Origin: Firmicutes bacterium UBA5509
GTDB lineage: Bacteria; Bacillota; Proteinivoracia; UBA4975
Direction of reading: 5' to 3'
NCBI GenBank assembly: GCA_002423965.1
Contig: DIOR01000027.1
Span: 117,958-181,957, forward strand
DNA length: 64,000 bases
Below are positions 27,526-36,963 of the stretch, one piece after another. Positions within the stretch are counted from its first letter, which is position 1. Each line of letters opens with the position of its first letter. The position numbers and the translations under genes were made by a program. The notes under the pieces were generated by a model that saw only the letters and a list, made by a program, of their open reading frames with translations, did no database searches and was not told where the DNA came from.

Positions 27526-28152
27526 TTATTTATTTTGTTGCTCTTTTTTTGCAAGTCCCAAAAGCATCAAACCAAGCACAAGCAGGATCAAGCCCACAGG
27601 CAGAAGCCAGCTAATCTTTGTGCCCGTTACCGGCAGTTTTCCCCCAGGAGTCTCCTCCCCTGAACTAACAATTTGGTAAAGGTCAAAGCTGATTTTGACA
27701 GTCATATCCTGCATGTCATTGCCAGCATCTGTCGGTAGGGATACCAACATCTGCAATGAGTTTGTAGAACCTGCTGAAAAAGAACCTAAGCTAATTTCTT
27801 GTAGGCCGCTGAGGGGTCCGGAATACTTTTCCTCTTCCCCCATGATTACAATAAAGAACTCTTCATATAGCGGCCCGTCACCTTCCTCAACAGCGACGCC
27901 TATAGCCAAGCTATAAAATTGGTTGCTTTCGTTATCAATCTCTAGGTCAATCACGGTGTAATCACCGGGAGCCATGTTCGTAAAAACATAGTCAGGTTCC
28001 CCGCTGATTATCCGGATTCCAGAATCGTCTGCTAAAACCTTATAGCCAGCTATGCCCGTAATAGGAGCCCATGGCAATAAACTCAACGCTATTAACAGGA
28101 AGGCAAACAGCAATAATAAGTATCCTGTTACTCTCTTAGGGATATCGGTCAC
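27526..28152 (-). CDS. LPXTG-anchored surface protein with TasA-like core
   Basis: Signal peptide; NMAPGD and LPTDAGNDMQ motifs shared with the TasA gene; LPVTG + TM + KK tail. Confidence 0.8.
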   Translation of the reverse strand: MTDIPKRVTGYLLLLFAFLLIALSLLPWAPITGIAGYKVLADDSGIRIISGEPDYVFTNMAPGDYTVIDLEIDNESNQFYSLAIGVAVEEGDGPLYEEFFIVIMGEEEKYSGPLSGLQEISLGSFSAGSTNSLQMLVSLPTDAGNDMQDMTVKISFDLYQIVSSGEETPGGKLPVTGTKISWLLPVGLILLVLGLMLLGLAKKEQQNK

Positions 28153-28164
28153 CCCTAACGATAT

Positions 28165-28785
28165 TTAATTTTGCATTACGCTTTTTGCCTTCTTCTCCTT
28201 GTCCAGCTGAAGGGCATAGGACCAAAGTTCTCTTCCCTCAAGGATAAGGATAGCCAGCGCTGGAATAATTATCAGTGTCAGTAGTCCCTGCTTAGTCTGG
28301 CAGAACGCCAGCAGCCAACCTAAGAACGGTATAGAAAATTGAACTGTGCCGATAACTTGGTTGGCTGAAACTGCGCCTGAATCAGCCACAGGGTTGGCAT
28401 CGCCCTTGGTAATAAAGCTGAGGCCATTTTCAAGGTCAATGCCCACAATACGATGGGAAATTAACCTACCACCATGGCCATTAAAGGCAATAATATTGCC
28501 CCCCTGCAAATTAGCGGGATCCACCTGCTTTACAACAACTAGGCTGCCGGTGTCAAAGGCAGGATTCATACTGCCGCTGAGCACTGTGTACAATTGATAC
28601 CCCGCAAATTTGGCCTGACCGCCGTTAAGCTTGCTCTGAACTAATATAAAGAGCATGCTGGCGATGAGAATTATCAGGGACACAAAGAATACATTGCCCA
28701 CAGCTTTTGCTGCCCTGTGAAAATTCTCTTTACGGTTATGACTACGCCGTGCCCGGAAAAGAGCCTTGCGCGATTGCCTGGTCAT
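28165..28785 (-). CDS. sipW: Signal peptidase I, SipW type
   Basis: VLSGSMNP, ISHRIV, TKGDAN, IPFLG. Confidence 0.9.
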   Translation of the reverse strand: MTRQSRKALFRARRSHNRKENFHRAAKAVGNVFFVSLIILIASMLFILVQSKLNGGQAKFAGYQLYTVLSGSMNPAFDTGSLVVVKQVDPANLQGGNIIAFNGHGGRLISHRIVGIDLENGLSFITKGDANPVADSGAVSANQVIGTVQFSIPFLGWLLAFCQTKQGLLTLIIIPALAILILEGRELWSYALQLDKEKKAKSVMQN

Positions 28786-28804
28786 AACTTAAAATGCCCC
28801 GCAA

Positions 28805-29332
28805 TTAATTCCAGTTAATTGGGTTTCCATCAACGTCAATGTTATTCTTTACCTGGACAGCTTGTACAACTAAAGAACCAGAAAAGGATTCTCCCTTATA
28901 TTCGTTCCCGGCTGTGCCAGGCAGTTCAAAGGAAACAGAAATTACTTCAGATGCTCCGCCAGAGAGTTTCATGGTGGAATCAAAGATGTATCCGGTACCA
29001 AGATCTTCTAGGGCACCCTTGTCAACACCATCAATCCAAAGATGTAATACTTGCCCCAGAGTTCCCGAACCGGAGTTTACAAAGGAAATCCGATAAAACA
29101 GCTCAAGGCTGCCAGTATTTCGAATAGTTATGTTTTCTGCTACAGTCTTATCTCCTGGTGCCATGTCCGAAATAGTTACCAAACTAGGTTGTAAATCCGC
29201 CAAATCTAAAGTACCTGCAGTAAAAGTAGCATTTGTGCTGGCCTCAGCGGAAAACCATGCAGAAATAGCCCCCCCTAATAATGCGGCCGCCAAAGCAATA
29301 ACCAACATACTTACGACAATTTTCTTTCTCAC
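28805..29332 (-). CDS. TasA/camelysin (M73)-family protein with SipW-type signal peptide
   Basis: GGAISAWFS cleavage motif, FTAGTLDL, MAPGD, NTGSL, AGNEYKG, AVQ; RBS GGGAGG before GTG. Confidence 0.88.
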   Translation of the reverse strand: MRKKIVVSMLVIALAAALLGGAISAWFSAEASTNATFTAGTLDLADLQPSLVTISDMAPGDKTVAENITIRNTGSLELFYRISFVNSGSGTLGQVLHLWIDGVDKGALEDLGTGYIFDSTMKLSGGASEVISVSFELPGTAGNEYKGESFSGSLVVQAVQVKNNIDVDGNPINWN

Positions 29333-29569
29333 AAAATAACCTCCCAATTTTTCGCTAAACCTGCTGACATAAAAGGATCACCAAAACACCCCCATAGTGT
29401 TTTGGGAACCATTAGCAGATTCTAATTCGGAGTGTAAGTCTAAATCCTCTCGCTGTCAAGATACGGTCTCAACTGACTCCGAAATGTAATATTGCCTTAT
29501 AACTGTGCACGGATTTCCCAGTATCATGACGGGGCAAGAATCTAATACTAACCAAAGGAGGGATTGAAT

Positions 29570-29716
29570 TTGAAGATACCAAATCTCAAAGGGATGATAC
29601 CCAGCAGCAAGAAGAGAATGGGCACCCCCGTCAAAGTACTATTGGTGGCCCTGCCGGTAATTGCCTTTGTGGCGGGAACACTCCTGGGAAGCAACAAAGA
29701 AGATGAAGGTTGGTAA
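29570..29716 (+). CDS. Small single-TM protein (48 aa) missing from the ORF track
   Basis: AAAGGAGG RBS, TTG start, MKIPNLKGMIPSSKKRMGTPVKVLLVALPVIAFVAGTLLGSNKEDEGW, followed by a terminator. Confidence 0.65.
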   Translation: MKIPNLKGMIPSSKKRMGTPVKVLLVALPVIAFVAGTLLGSNKEDEGW

Positions 29717-29731
29717 TCCCCTCCTGGGGAC

Positions 29732-29780
29732 AAATAAGAGGGTGCTACAGCTCTACTTAGCTTAGCACCCTCTTATTTTT
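29732..29780. terminator. Bidirectional terminator
   Basis: 16-bp stem AAATAAGAGGGTGCTA/TAGCACCCTCTTATTT. Confidence 0.8.
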
Positions 29781-30223
29781 TAATCTTTTTTCTTAGAATA
29801 AAGACGTAAAACCTTATCCATCGTTTCCAAAAGGTATGGAGCCAGCTCTAAAGTCTTCTTATAGATTTCATCCACCATATCCAAGACATATTCATGGGCA
29901 ATGTCATTGCGTAAGTACCGGATTTCTTTAAAAGTATCTGCGGAGATCAGCCCCCGCCGCTCTGCCCGGTTAATTCTATCAATGGCGGTCCCAGGCAGCT
30001 CCAATTCCATATTGTCCAAGGTTCGAAATATCTTTTGAATTAAAATATCGCTGGTCCTGGCAAAGCGACCCGTTAAGGCCTCGAATTTGTCCAGCTCCTC
30101 AAAGGTATAGTCCTCCTTGATGCCAATCTTACTGCAAACATCAAGGGAGTATTCAAGTATCTCCCCAGCTTCCCGGAGCTGCTTTAGTTCCAACTCCAGT
30201 AATTCCTTTAGTTTGTTGCTCAT
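29780..30223 (-). CDS. HEPN-domain toxin (nucleotidyltransferase substrate-binding family)
   Basis: RNDIAHEY (R-X4-H plus Tyr); ATG 30223 overlaps the MNT stop; RBS AAGGAGGG. Confidence 0.85.
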   Translation of the reverse strand: MSNKLKELLELELKQLREAGEILEYSLDVCSKIGIKEDYTFEELDKFEALTGRFARTSDILIQKIFRTLDNMELELPGTAIDRINRAERRGLISADTFKEIRYLRNDIAHEYVLDMVDEIYKKTLELAPYLLETMDKVLRLYSKKKD

Positions 30224-30501
30224 AGCAGTACTCCCTCCTTTAATGCTATGCTGACGAAGGGGTGAGAATCGTCTTTTGCCACGATAATATCTATTTTTTG
30301 TTCGCCAATGCGTTCCCAGAGGGCATATTTTAGTTTCCAAACTTCATCTCGAGTCAGTTGCTGGCTCATAACCAAGAGGTCAATATCCCCACCTGTTAAA
30401 TCATCATAGGCCCGGGAGCCAAAGAGATAAATCTGGGCATGTTCATCCCTGGCTCCAATTACTTCTTTAATTGCCTCAACTTCTCTTTGGGTTAAACGCA
30501 T
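30220..30501 (-). CDS. Minimal nucleotidyltransferase (MNT) antitoxin
   Basis: 93 aa; YLFGSRAYDDLTGGDIDL, KIDII. Confidence 0.88.
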   Translation of the reverse strand: MRLTQREVEAIKEVIGARDEHAQIYLFGSRAYDDLTGGDIDLLVMSQQLTRDEVWKLKYALWERIGEQKIDIIVAKDDSHPFVSIALKEGVLL

Positions 30502-30583
30502 AGGAAACCCCCCTTCAGCTTTTATTCTATCATGGAGGTTCAGCTGGAGCAAAATCCTGACAAAGGTCAGGGGTATTTGCATG

Positions 30584-31198
30584 TCAGCGCCGGGTTTTGC
30601 GCCAAAACAAGACAAATAGCGGTATAAACACAATGACCAAGATAACGGCTATTTTGGTAATAGCACCAAGCCCAGCCTCAGTATAAATCAACTCCGTCCC
30701 ACCACTTCCCCGATTGCTGGCCCCTGGACTGGGTTCTGAGAGGTGATGCCATTCTTTCCCACCGTCAGGATTGCGGCCAAAGCTCTTGCCAGGGCGACTG
30801 GTCACTGGTTTTACACTATCTACTACGTTTCCCTGGGGGCCAGATAGTATCAGAGGTTCTCCCTCCTGCTTTAGGCTGAAGTTTGTATGCAATTCTCCTT
30901 GGGTCCTATCCTTACCTGAAGCCCAGACAATTAGAAATTCACCGGGTGCAAAGTCTACCTCAGGGAATCTCCATTTAAGAGGCTCATCCTCATCATCGGA
31001 AAGATAGTAATCTGCGAGATTTATCCTCTTACTTCCCGCGTTGTACAGCTCAAACCAATCCTCATAGTCCCCATCAGAATCCGCGACATTATTTTCATTA
31101 GTGGCAGCCACCTCATTGATATACACATTTATACGGGAGGTACATGCCGAAAGTAATAACACCAATACCAGCATACTGCAAAGAATTATCTTTTTCAT
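30584..31198 (-). CDS. Lamin-tail-domain lipoprotein with C-terminal TM
   Basis: Lipobox LSAC; INEV...DWFELYN...YLSDD...HTNFSL...SPGASN; TM + RKTRR. Confidence 0.85.
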   Translation of the reverse strand: MKKIILCSMLVLVLLLSACTSRINVYINEVAATNENNVADSDGDYEDWFELYNAGSKRINLADYYLSDDEDEPLKWRFPEVDFAPGEFLIVWASGKDRTQGELHTNFSLKQEGEPLILSGPQGNVVDSVKPVTSRPGKSFGRNPDGGKEWHHLSEPSPGASNRGSGGTELIYTEAGLGAITKIAVILVIVFIPLFVLFWRKTRR

Positions 31199-31950
31199 TA
31201 CGCATAACTCCAGATTGGGGTAACCACATCGGGACAGGCTAACTCTATACCTTGGCAAAACTTACTATTGGCAGTAAACTTCAGGCCACAGCTCAAGATG
31301 AGATTTGCCAACCAAGCTGGTCGCTGGTCACGGCACTTTATCTCCAGGATAATCTCATTGGCATAGTGCTTGCGAAACCAAGGGGTGCTGGGGTAAAGGC
31401 TGTCACTGGCAGCACTATGGACCCAGTGGTCAAATGTGACCCTATACCCGCTCTTGTCCCGTGGCGTATAGCCTTCCCGGCGGTATTCCACCAGTATTTT
31501 GGGTTCTAGGTTGCGGACGATTGCCAAGCGCTCAAACTCACTGAGCACAGGATGCTCGGTGTTGGGCCAATGCCTACGCCGAATGAACTCCTCGCATTCA
31601 GCGGCTACCACGAAAGTAGCGTACTTCACCATAGTATTCCCCCGCCGGGTTTTCATCTCAACCCGGACTGGGGCTGCCTCATTGACATTGTCAGTATAGG
31701 TGCGGAGGCGAAATTTAATCCGCCCAAAATCCCCGTTTATCTTCTCCCGATATGACAAATAATCTGGAGAATCGTAGTAAAGGCTGCGAACCAAGTATTT
31801 TCTACCTGGTGCCCTTAGAGAATAAGAGTCCATCTTCATGTGGGGCACCAAGGCAAGTTTCACTTGGTTGTACTGCCACATATTTATCCGATACTTTAGT
31901 TCATACCGCCAAAGATTTTCTGGTGCATAGTTCATATTCTTATCCTCCAC
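31198..31950 (-). CDS. VTC-domain (polyphosphate polymerase-like, CYTH fold) protein
   Basis: RYELKY, VRSLYYD, KFRLRTY, EMKTR, YRRE, RVTFD, ILEIK, SKF. Confidence 0.9.
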   Translation of the reverse strand: MEDKNMNYAPENLWRYELKYRINMWQYNQVKLALVPHMKMDSYSLRAPGRKYLVRSLYYDSPDYLSYREKINGDFGRIKFRLRTYTDNVNEAAPVRVEMKTRRGNTMVKYATFVVAAECEEFIRRRHWPNTEHPVLSEFERLAIVRNLEPKILVEYRREGYTPRDKSGYRVTFDHWVHSAASDSLYPSTPWFRKHYANEIILEIKCRDQRPAWLANLILSCGLKFTANSKFCQGIELACPDVVTPIWSYA

Positions 31951-31952
31951 AA

Positions 31953-32642
31953 CTACATCGGCAAGGCAAGTTGCGGTGCCAGTAGGGATACCTGTTCAAC
32001 ACCCTTTATACCCCTTATACCTGCAAGCATTTCCTCAATCTTATCTGCCGCAGGACTGACGAAGCTGAGTTCCAGTACCAATTCCCAGGTCTTACCCTGG
32101 TATTCCCTGGATCTCACCCTGTACGTACGGGCATAAGATTGAACTATGTCTTTAAAGTTGCCAAATTCAATGTTCCCGTCCCCGCTAAGGACCAAGACAT
32201 AATCGCTGTGTTTTACCCGGTCATATTCCAGCAGGTAGAGGAGGACAACGCAAATCCCGATAAAAAGAGTTCCAACCCCCACTGCCAGCCAGTTATAGGT
32301 TCCAGCTCCCAGCCCGATTGCGATAGACCAAAACAAGAAAATCATATCCCGGGTATCCTTAATAGGTGTGCGAAAACGAACAATAGAAAGCGAACCTACT
32401 AATCCCAGGGATAGGACTAGGTCCCCCTGAATAAAGAACATCACCATGGTCACAATTGGAGCCATCAGGATTAGGCTAGATATGTATGAGTGCTCATAGT
32501 TTAACCCTCGATGAGTGCGTTTATAAAGAATTGATACCAACCAAGCCATTAGCGCCGAAATCGTCAAGGCTACTGCAAAATCCAAGGCAGTAATACCAGT
32601 ACCAGATGAACCAAATCTCAACCAGTTAAAAAGCCGTTCCAC
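31953..32642 (-). CDS. DUF4956 membrane protein (MgtC-like with ACT-like tail)
   Basis: SLGLVGSLSIVRFRTPIKDTRD, IGLGAG. Confidence 0.9.
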   Translation of the reverse strand: MERLFNWLRFGSSGTGITALDFAVALTISALMAWLVSILYKRTHRGLNYEHSYISSLILMAPIVTMVMFFIQGDLVLSLGLVGSLSIVRFRTPIKDTRDMIFLFWSIAIGLGAGTYNWLAVGVGTLFIGICVVLLYLLEYDRVKHSDYVLVLSGDGNIEFGNFKDIVQSYARTYRVRSREYQGKTWELVLELSFVSPAADKIEEMLAGIRGIKGVEQVSLLAPQLALPM

Positions 32643-32673
32643 AATACAACCCCCTTAAGTACATTCCATTACT

Positions 32674-32702
32674 AGTTCAACGTGTCCAGGCAATATTCCT
32701 TC
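32674..32702 (-). promoter_or_regulatory. sigH-like promoter of the DUF4956-VTC operon
   Basis: GAAGGAATA-N12-GTTGAACT. Confidence 0.4.
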
Positions 32703-32844
32703 CTGACAAACTATGCCGTGAGTTCCGTATACCGTAATATCTCTTAACCGATACATCCTTTCCCCACTTCAGCTGTAATGTCATAATATCTCTCAACTTA
32801 TTGTTGCAAAAATTGCTTCGTAAAAATAGCAAGATAGTTATAGA

Positions 32845-32878
32845 CTTACTAATAACAACCCAGTATGTTATTAGTAAG
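32845..32878. promoter_or_regulatory. 13-bp perfect inverted repeat just upstream of an RBS
   Basis: CTTACTAATAACA-N8-TGTTATTAGTAAG, then AGAAAGGAG. Confidence 0.55.
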
Positions 32879-32897
32879 ATAGAAAGGAGATATCGCT

Positions 32898-35594
32898 ATG
32901 AGGATGAAATGGGATACGCGTTTCGCTCTATGTCTTGCTATTATTAGCATGTTGCTGCCCGGCTTGTCATTTTTTACACCTCAATATGCCTCAGCCGCTG
33001 ATTACTTTGCGGGAGGGGCAGGAACAGCGTCACAACCCTTCATTGTCACCACCCCAGAACATCTTGATAATGTCAGGTTATTTCCCGACGCCTATTTTCT
33101 TCAGACGGCAGATATTGACCTAACTGAGCACAATTGGCAGCCCATCTGTTTTTCTGCCGATCCCTTCGTAGGCGAGTATAACGGTGGCGACCACACCATT
33201 TCCAACCTGAGCCGAGTTGGTGAAGATATTGTTAACTTCGGCCTGTTTGGACGCATTGGTGCAGGTGGAGTGGTCAAGAATCTCCGGCTGACTAACTTTA
33301 CTATCGATGTCTGGTTTACAGCCGGCACTCTTGTCGCCGAAAACTTCGGCACCATCGAAAACTGCATAGTTAAGGGGGGTTCAGTGACCTGCGCTGGACC
33401 TAATGCAGGTGGCTTGGCAGGCAGGAACCATGGGATGATTAAAAACTGTTCCGCCGATGTCAGGGTCAGCGGAGTAAACTCTGCAGGTGGCTTAGTAGGA
33501 ATTATGGACGGCGGTGTCCAACCCATAATAGAAACTTCTTACGCACTAGGGAATGTAAGTATAGTTGAATATAGTGCCGGTGGCCTGGTAGGTACTTTTT
33601 TTCACGGAACCATTTCCTATTGCTTCGCCCAAGGAGAAGTATCTGGTGACACTAGGGTAGGGGGATTGGTGGGGAATTCTAACGCACAGATAACCAACTC
33701 CTTCGCCACTGGTAAGGTCACTGCAAATTCATCTAGCGGCGGGCTGGTTGGCGCATCAAATAACGACATAATAAACTGTTATTCTATTGGATCAGTAAGT
33801 CAATCAGACATGTGTGGGGGCTTAATTGGCTGGCATTCCGCGGGCACAATAACTGCTAGCTACTATAACTCTGACACCTCAGGTCATTCTGATGAGGGAA
33901 AAGGTATTCCCAGGACCACAGCAGAAATGTATGGTAGCCCATCTCCATATATCTTCGCTAATTGGTCCAGCGACTACTGGAATTTTAGCGTCCCCAATCA
34001 ATACCCAATGTTAAACTCCCTGTCGGGAACCCTTAAAACTACCATCGCACCCTTGGGAGCTGTATATGCGGGGGCTAAGTGGAGCATTGATGGAGGCCGC
34101 TCATGGCTAGATAGCGACACCGAGCACTGTGTGGCCCCCGGCCGCTATCCTATTCTTTTCAAAACCATTCCTGGGTGGAACATCCCCACAGGAAAAACCA
34201 TAGTGAATGTAGATTTGTCGGAAAATGCAACAATAACCCGAAGCTATTCCCCCAAGCAATACATAATCGCCGTCGATATTTCACCAGCAAACAGTGGTAG
34301 CATTAGCGGTACGGGGATCTATTATTACGGCGATACTGTTTCCCTACGCGCCGAACCGGAAACTGGATTTCAATTCCTCCATTGGATGGAAGATAAAAAC
34401 ATCGTATCTACATCCCCAACACTAGAGTTCGTGGTGGATAATAGCCATAGCCTGAAGGCTGTATTTATACCCGCGGAATATTCTGTTTCCGTAAGCATTA
34501 CCCCCCCTGGGGGAGGCTCAGTTTCCGGGGCCGGGACATACGGTCACGGCTCAAGCATTACCCTAGAAGCCACACCTAGTCCAGGCTTTCGCTTTGTCAA
34601 CTGGACAGAAGCAGGCAGTGAAGTAAGTAGTGAAGCTGTCTATACATTCTCTGCCAGTGCTAACCGTGTCCTCAATGCGAACTTCGAACCCTTCGGTACC
34701 CAGCGGATTGCCGGTTCAAATCGCTATGGCACTGCCATTGAAATCAGTAAGCAGGGCTGGCCAAAAGGGGCTGGCACTGTCATCCTTGCTCGGGGAGATG
34801 ACTACGCAGATGCCCTGGCAGGAGTGCCCCTTGCTTATCAGCTGGATGCCCCTATCCTTCTCACCCGCACTAACGTCCTTACCGGTTCCACCAAGGAAGA
34901 AATAATTCGCCTGGGAACAAATAAGGTGATCATCCTGGGGGGCACTGGTGCAGTCTCCGATGCAGTGGCCCAAGAACTGGTTGCTATGGGGCTCATTGTG
35001 GAACGAATTTCCGGTAGTGGGCGCTATGGCACTGCCGCAGAAATTGCCCGGGAAATGGCTAAGGGCGGGCCCATCAATACCGCCTTTATCGCTGTTGGCA
35101 CAAATTTTGCCGACGCCCTTTCCTCCAGCTCCTATGCGGCTGGGACCGGCCGCCCTATACTCCTGGTACAAACCACTAGGATCCCCGCTTCCACAGAAAC
35201 TGTCCTTCTTGAGTTGGGGATTACTAAGACCTATGTTATTGGCGGGGATGGAGTAATAGATGAAACCGTCTTTAATCTGCTACCGGGAGCAAAACGAATC
35301 TCAGGCAGCAATCGCTATAGCACCGCCATTGCCCTTGCGGAAGAATTCCTTCCTGCGGGAACAAAGCAGGCATTCATTGCTACTGGTCTGGACTTTCCTG
35401 ATGCCGTTGCTGGCGGGGTGCTGGCAGCCAAGCATAGTTCTGGTGTGTTATTGGTGCGAGGAGATCTTCCCGCCCCAAATCAGGCCGTTCAAGATTTTCT
35501 TCAAACCAAGGGAATTGCTTTTGCCAGTGTCTTTGGAGGCCCTGGTGCTGTATCCACATCATTAGAACAATGGTTAAAGGATAATCTCAGATAA
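32898..35594 (+). CDS. Cell-wall protein: GLUG repeats, two Flg_new/InlB-B-like repeats, three CWB2 repeats
   Basis: Signal peptide; GGLVG repeats; G.F..W.E repeats; three RIxGxNRY...ADAL...PILL CWB2 units. Confidence 0.9.
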   Translation: MRMKWDTRFALCLAIISMLLPGLSFFTPQYASAADYFAGGAGTASQPFIVTTPEHLDNVRLFPDAYFLQTADIDLTEHNWQPICFSADPFVGEYNGGDHTISNLSRVGEDIVNFGLFGRIGAGGVVKNLRLTNFTIDVWFTAGTLVAENFGTIENCIVKGGSVTCAGPNAGGLAGRNHGMIKNCSADVRVSGVNSAGGLVGIMDGGVQPIIETSYALGNVSIVEYSAGGLVGTFFHGTISYCFAQGEVSGDTRVGGLVGNSNAQITNSFATGKVTANSSSGGLVGASNNDIINCYSIGSVSQSDMCGGLIGWHSAGTITASYYNSDTSGHSDEGKGIPRTTAEMYGSPSPYIFANWSSDYWNFSVPNQYPMLNSLSGTLKTTIAPLGAVYAGAKWSIDGGRSWLDSDTEHCVAPGRYPILFKTIPGWNIPTGKTIVNVDLSENATITRSYSPKQYIIAVDISPANSGSISGTGIYYYGDTVSLRAEPETGFQFLHWMEDKNIVSTSPTLEFVVDNSHSLKAVFIPAEYSVSVSITPPGGGSVSGAGTYGHGSSITLEATPSPGFRFVNWTEAGSEVSSEAVYTFSASANRVLNANFEPFGTQRIAGSNRYGTAIEISKQGWPKGAGTVILARGDDYADALAGVPLAYQLDAPILLTRTNVLTGSTKEEIIRLGTNKVIILGGTGAVSDAVAQELVAMGLIVERISGSGRYGTAAEIAREMAKGGPINTAFIAVGTNFADALSSSSYAAGTGRPILLVQTTRIPASTETVLLELGITKTYVIGGDGVIDETVFNLLPGAKRISGSNRYSTAIALAEEFLPAGTKQAFIATGLDFPDAVAGGVLAAKHSSGVLLVRGDLPAPNQAVQDFLQTKGIAFASVFGGPGAVSTSLEQWLKDNLR

Positions 35595-35597
35595 ACG

Positions 35598-35639
35598 AAT
35601 GGCTACAGGCCCCTGCACAAGCAGGGGCCTGTAGCCATT
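35598..35639. terminator. Terminator hairpin between convergent genes
   Basis: 19-bp perfect stem AATGGCTACAGGCCCCTGC/GCAGGGGCCTGTAGCCATT. Confidence 0.8.
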
Positions 35640-35670
35640 TAAAATACATTCCTTCTTGCCATGAGGTCAG

Positions 35671-36963
35671 TTAGCCCCTTAACAGGCTAAACATGTTCTT
35701 CTTGTAGGCTTCTACCCCAGGCTGGTCATAAGGATTAACGCCTAGAAGAGTAGCACTGATAGCGCATGCCTTCTCCATAAAGTAGAAAAGATAACCCAGA
35801 TTCCATTCATCCATATCTTCCATGGTCATAACCAAGTTGGGAACTTTCCCTTCTTCAGTGTGAGCCTTCAAGGTTCCTCTGAACGCACAGTCATTGACAA
35901 AGTCCATATCCTTGCCGGCAAGGTAGTTCAGCTGGCCCAAATCCCCAGGCTCCCGGGGAATCAACATCTTCCTGCGAGGGTTAGTTACCTTAATTACCGT
36001 TTCAAACAATAGCTTAGTCCCCTCCTGGATAAATTGGCCCAGAGAATGCAGATCAGTTGAGAATAAGCCCGTAGCCGGGAATAATCCCCTGCCCCCCTTG
36101 CCCTCGCTTTCCCCAAACAGTTGCTTCCACCATTCACAAAAATATTGCAGTCTAGGCTCATAGCTCACCAATAGCTCCACTGCCTTGCCCTTACGGTAGA
36201 GGATATTGCGGATTGCAGCGTACTGGTAACAGCAATTTGAGAAAAGATTGGGATCGAGGAAATCCTCTCTTGCTTGCATCGCGCCCTTCAGCAAGGCGTT
36301 AATATCTATTCCCGCCGCTGCCATGGGCAGCAGCCCTACCGGAGTGAGAACAGAATACCTCCCTCCAATATCCCTTGGGATAACAAAGGTAGTATAACCC
36401 TCTTGCTCCGCCAAAGCCCTCAGAGCACCTGTTTGAGCATCGGTGGTAGCATAAATGCGTTTCTTTGCCTCTTCCCTACCATACTTACTTTCCAGCAATT
36501 CTTTAATGATCCGGAAAGCAATAGCAGGTTCCGTTGTCGTCCCGGATTTGGAGATGATATTTACGCTAAAATCCATCTCCCGCAAAACATCTAAGAGATC
36601 TGCATGGTAGGAGCTGCTAACATTGTGTCCAGCAAAAAAAACCTTAGTGGCATTCCCCATGAGGTTGTAGAAGCTGTGACCCATTGCTTCAATTGCCGCC
36701 CTAGATCCCAGGAAGGAGCCACCGATGCCTATAACCACTAGGGCGTCAGATGTGGCCTTTAATCTTTCCGCTGCTTTTCTTATCTCTGGCACCTGGGCCA
36801 GTGCAATTTCGGGGAGATCCAGCCAGCCCAAGTACTCGGAACCAGGTCCTTTTTTTTCTGTCAGCAGATTATGAGCTGCAATTACTGCAGGCTGGAGAGC
36901 TAGGATATCGTCTGCCTTAACAAAATTATCGATACCAGTAGTATCAAGAAGTAGGCTTTTCAT
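35671..36963 (-). CDS. pgi: Glucose-6-phosphate isomerase
   Basis: [48 protein letters not shown]. Confidence 0.97.
   Translation of the reverse strand: MKSLLLDTTGIDNFVKADDILALQPAVIAAHNLLTEKKGPGSEYLGWLDLPEIALAQVPEIRKAAERLKATSDALVVIGIGGSFLGSRAAIEAMGHSFYNLMGNATKVFFAGHNVSSSYHADLLDVLREMDFSVNIISKSGTTTEPAIAFRIIKELLESKYGREEAKKRIYATTDAQTGALRALAEQEGYTTFVIPRDIGGRYSVLTPVGLLPMAAAGIDINALLKGAMQAREDFLDPNLFSNCCYQYAAIRNILYRKGKAVELLVSYEPRLQYFCEWWKQLFGESEGKGGRGLFPATGLFSTDLHSLGQFIQEGTKLLFETVIKVTNPRRKMLIPREPGDLGQLNYLAGKDMDFVNDCAFRGTLKAHTEEGKVPNLVMTMEDMDEWNLGYLFYFMEKACAISATLLGVNPYDQPGVEAYKKNMFSLLRG

Noticed and set aside
29352-29520. c-di-GMP or c-di-AMP riboswitch before tasA
   Set aside because: Conserved cores (GGCAAA/GAAA tetraloop-receptor, GCTGAATCC) not found.
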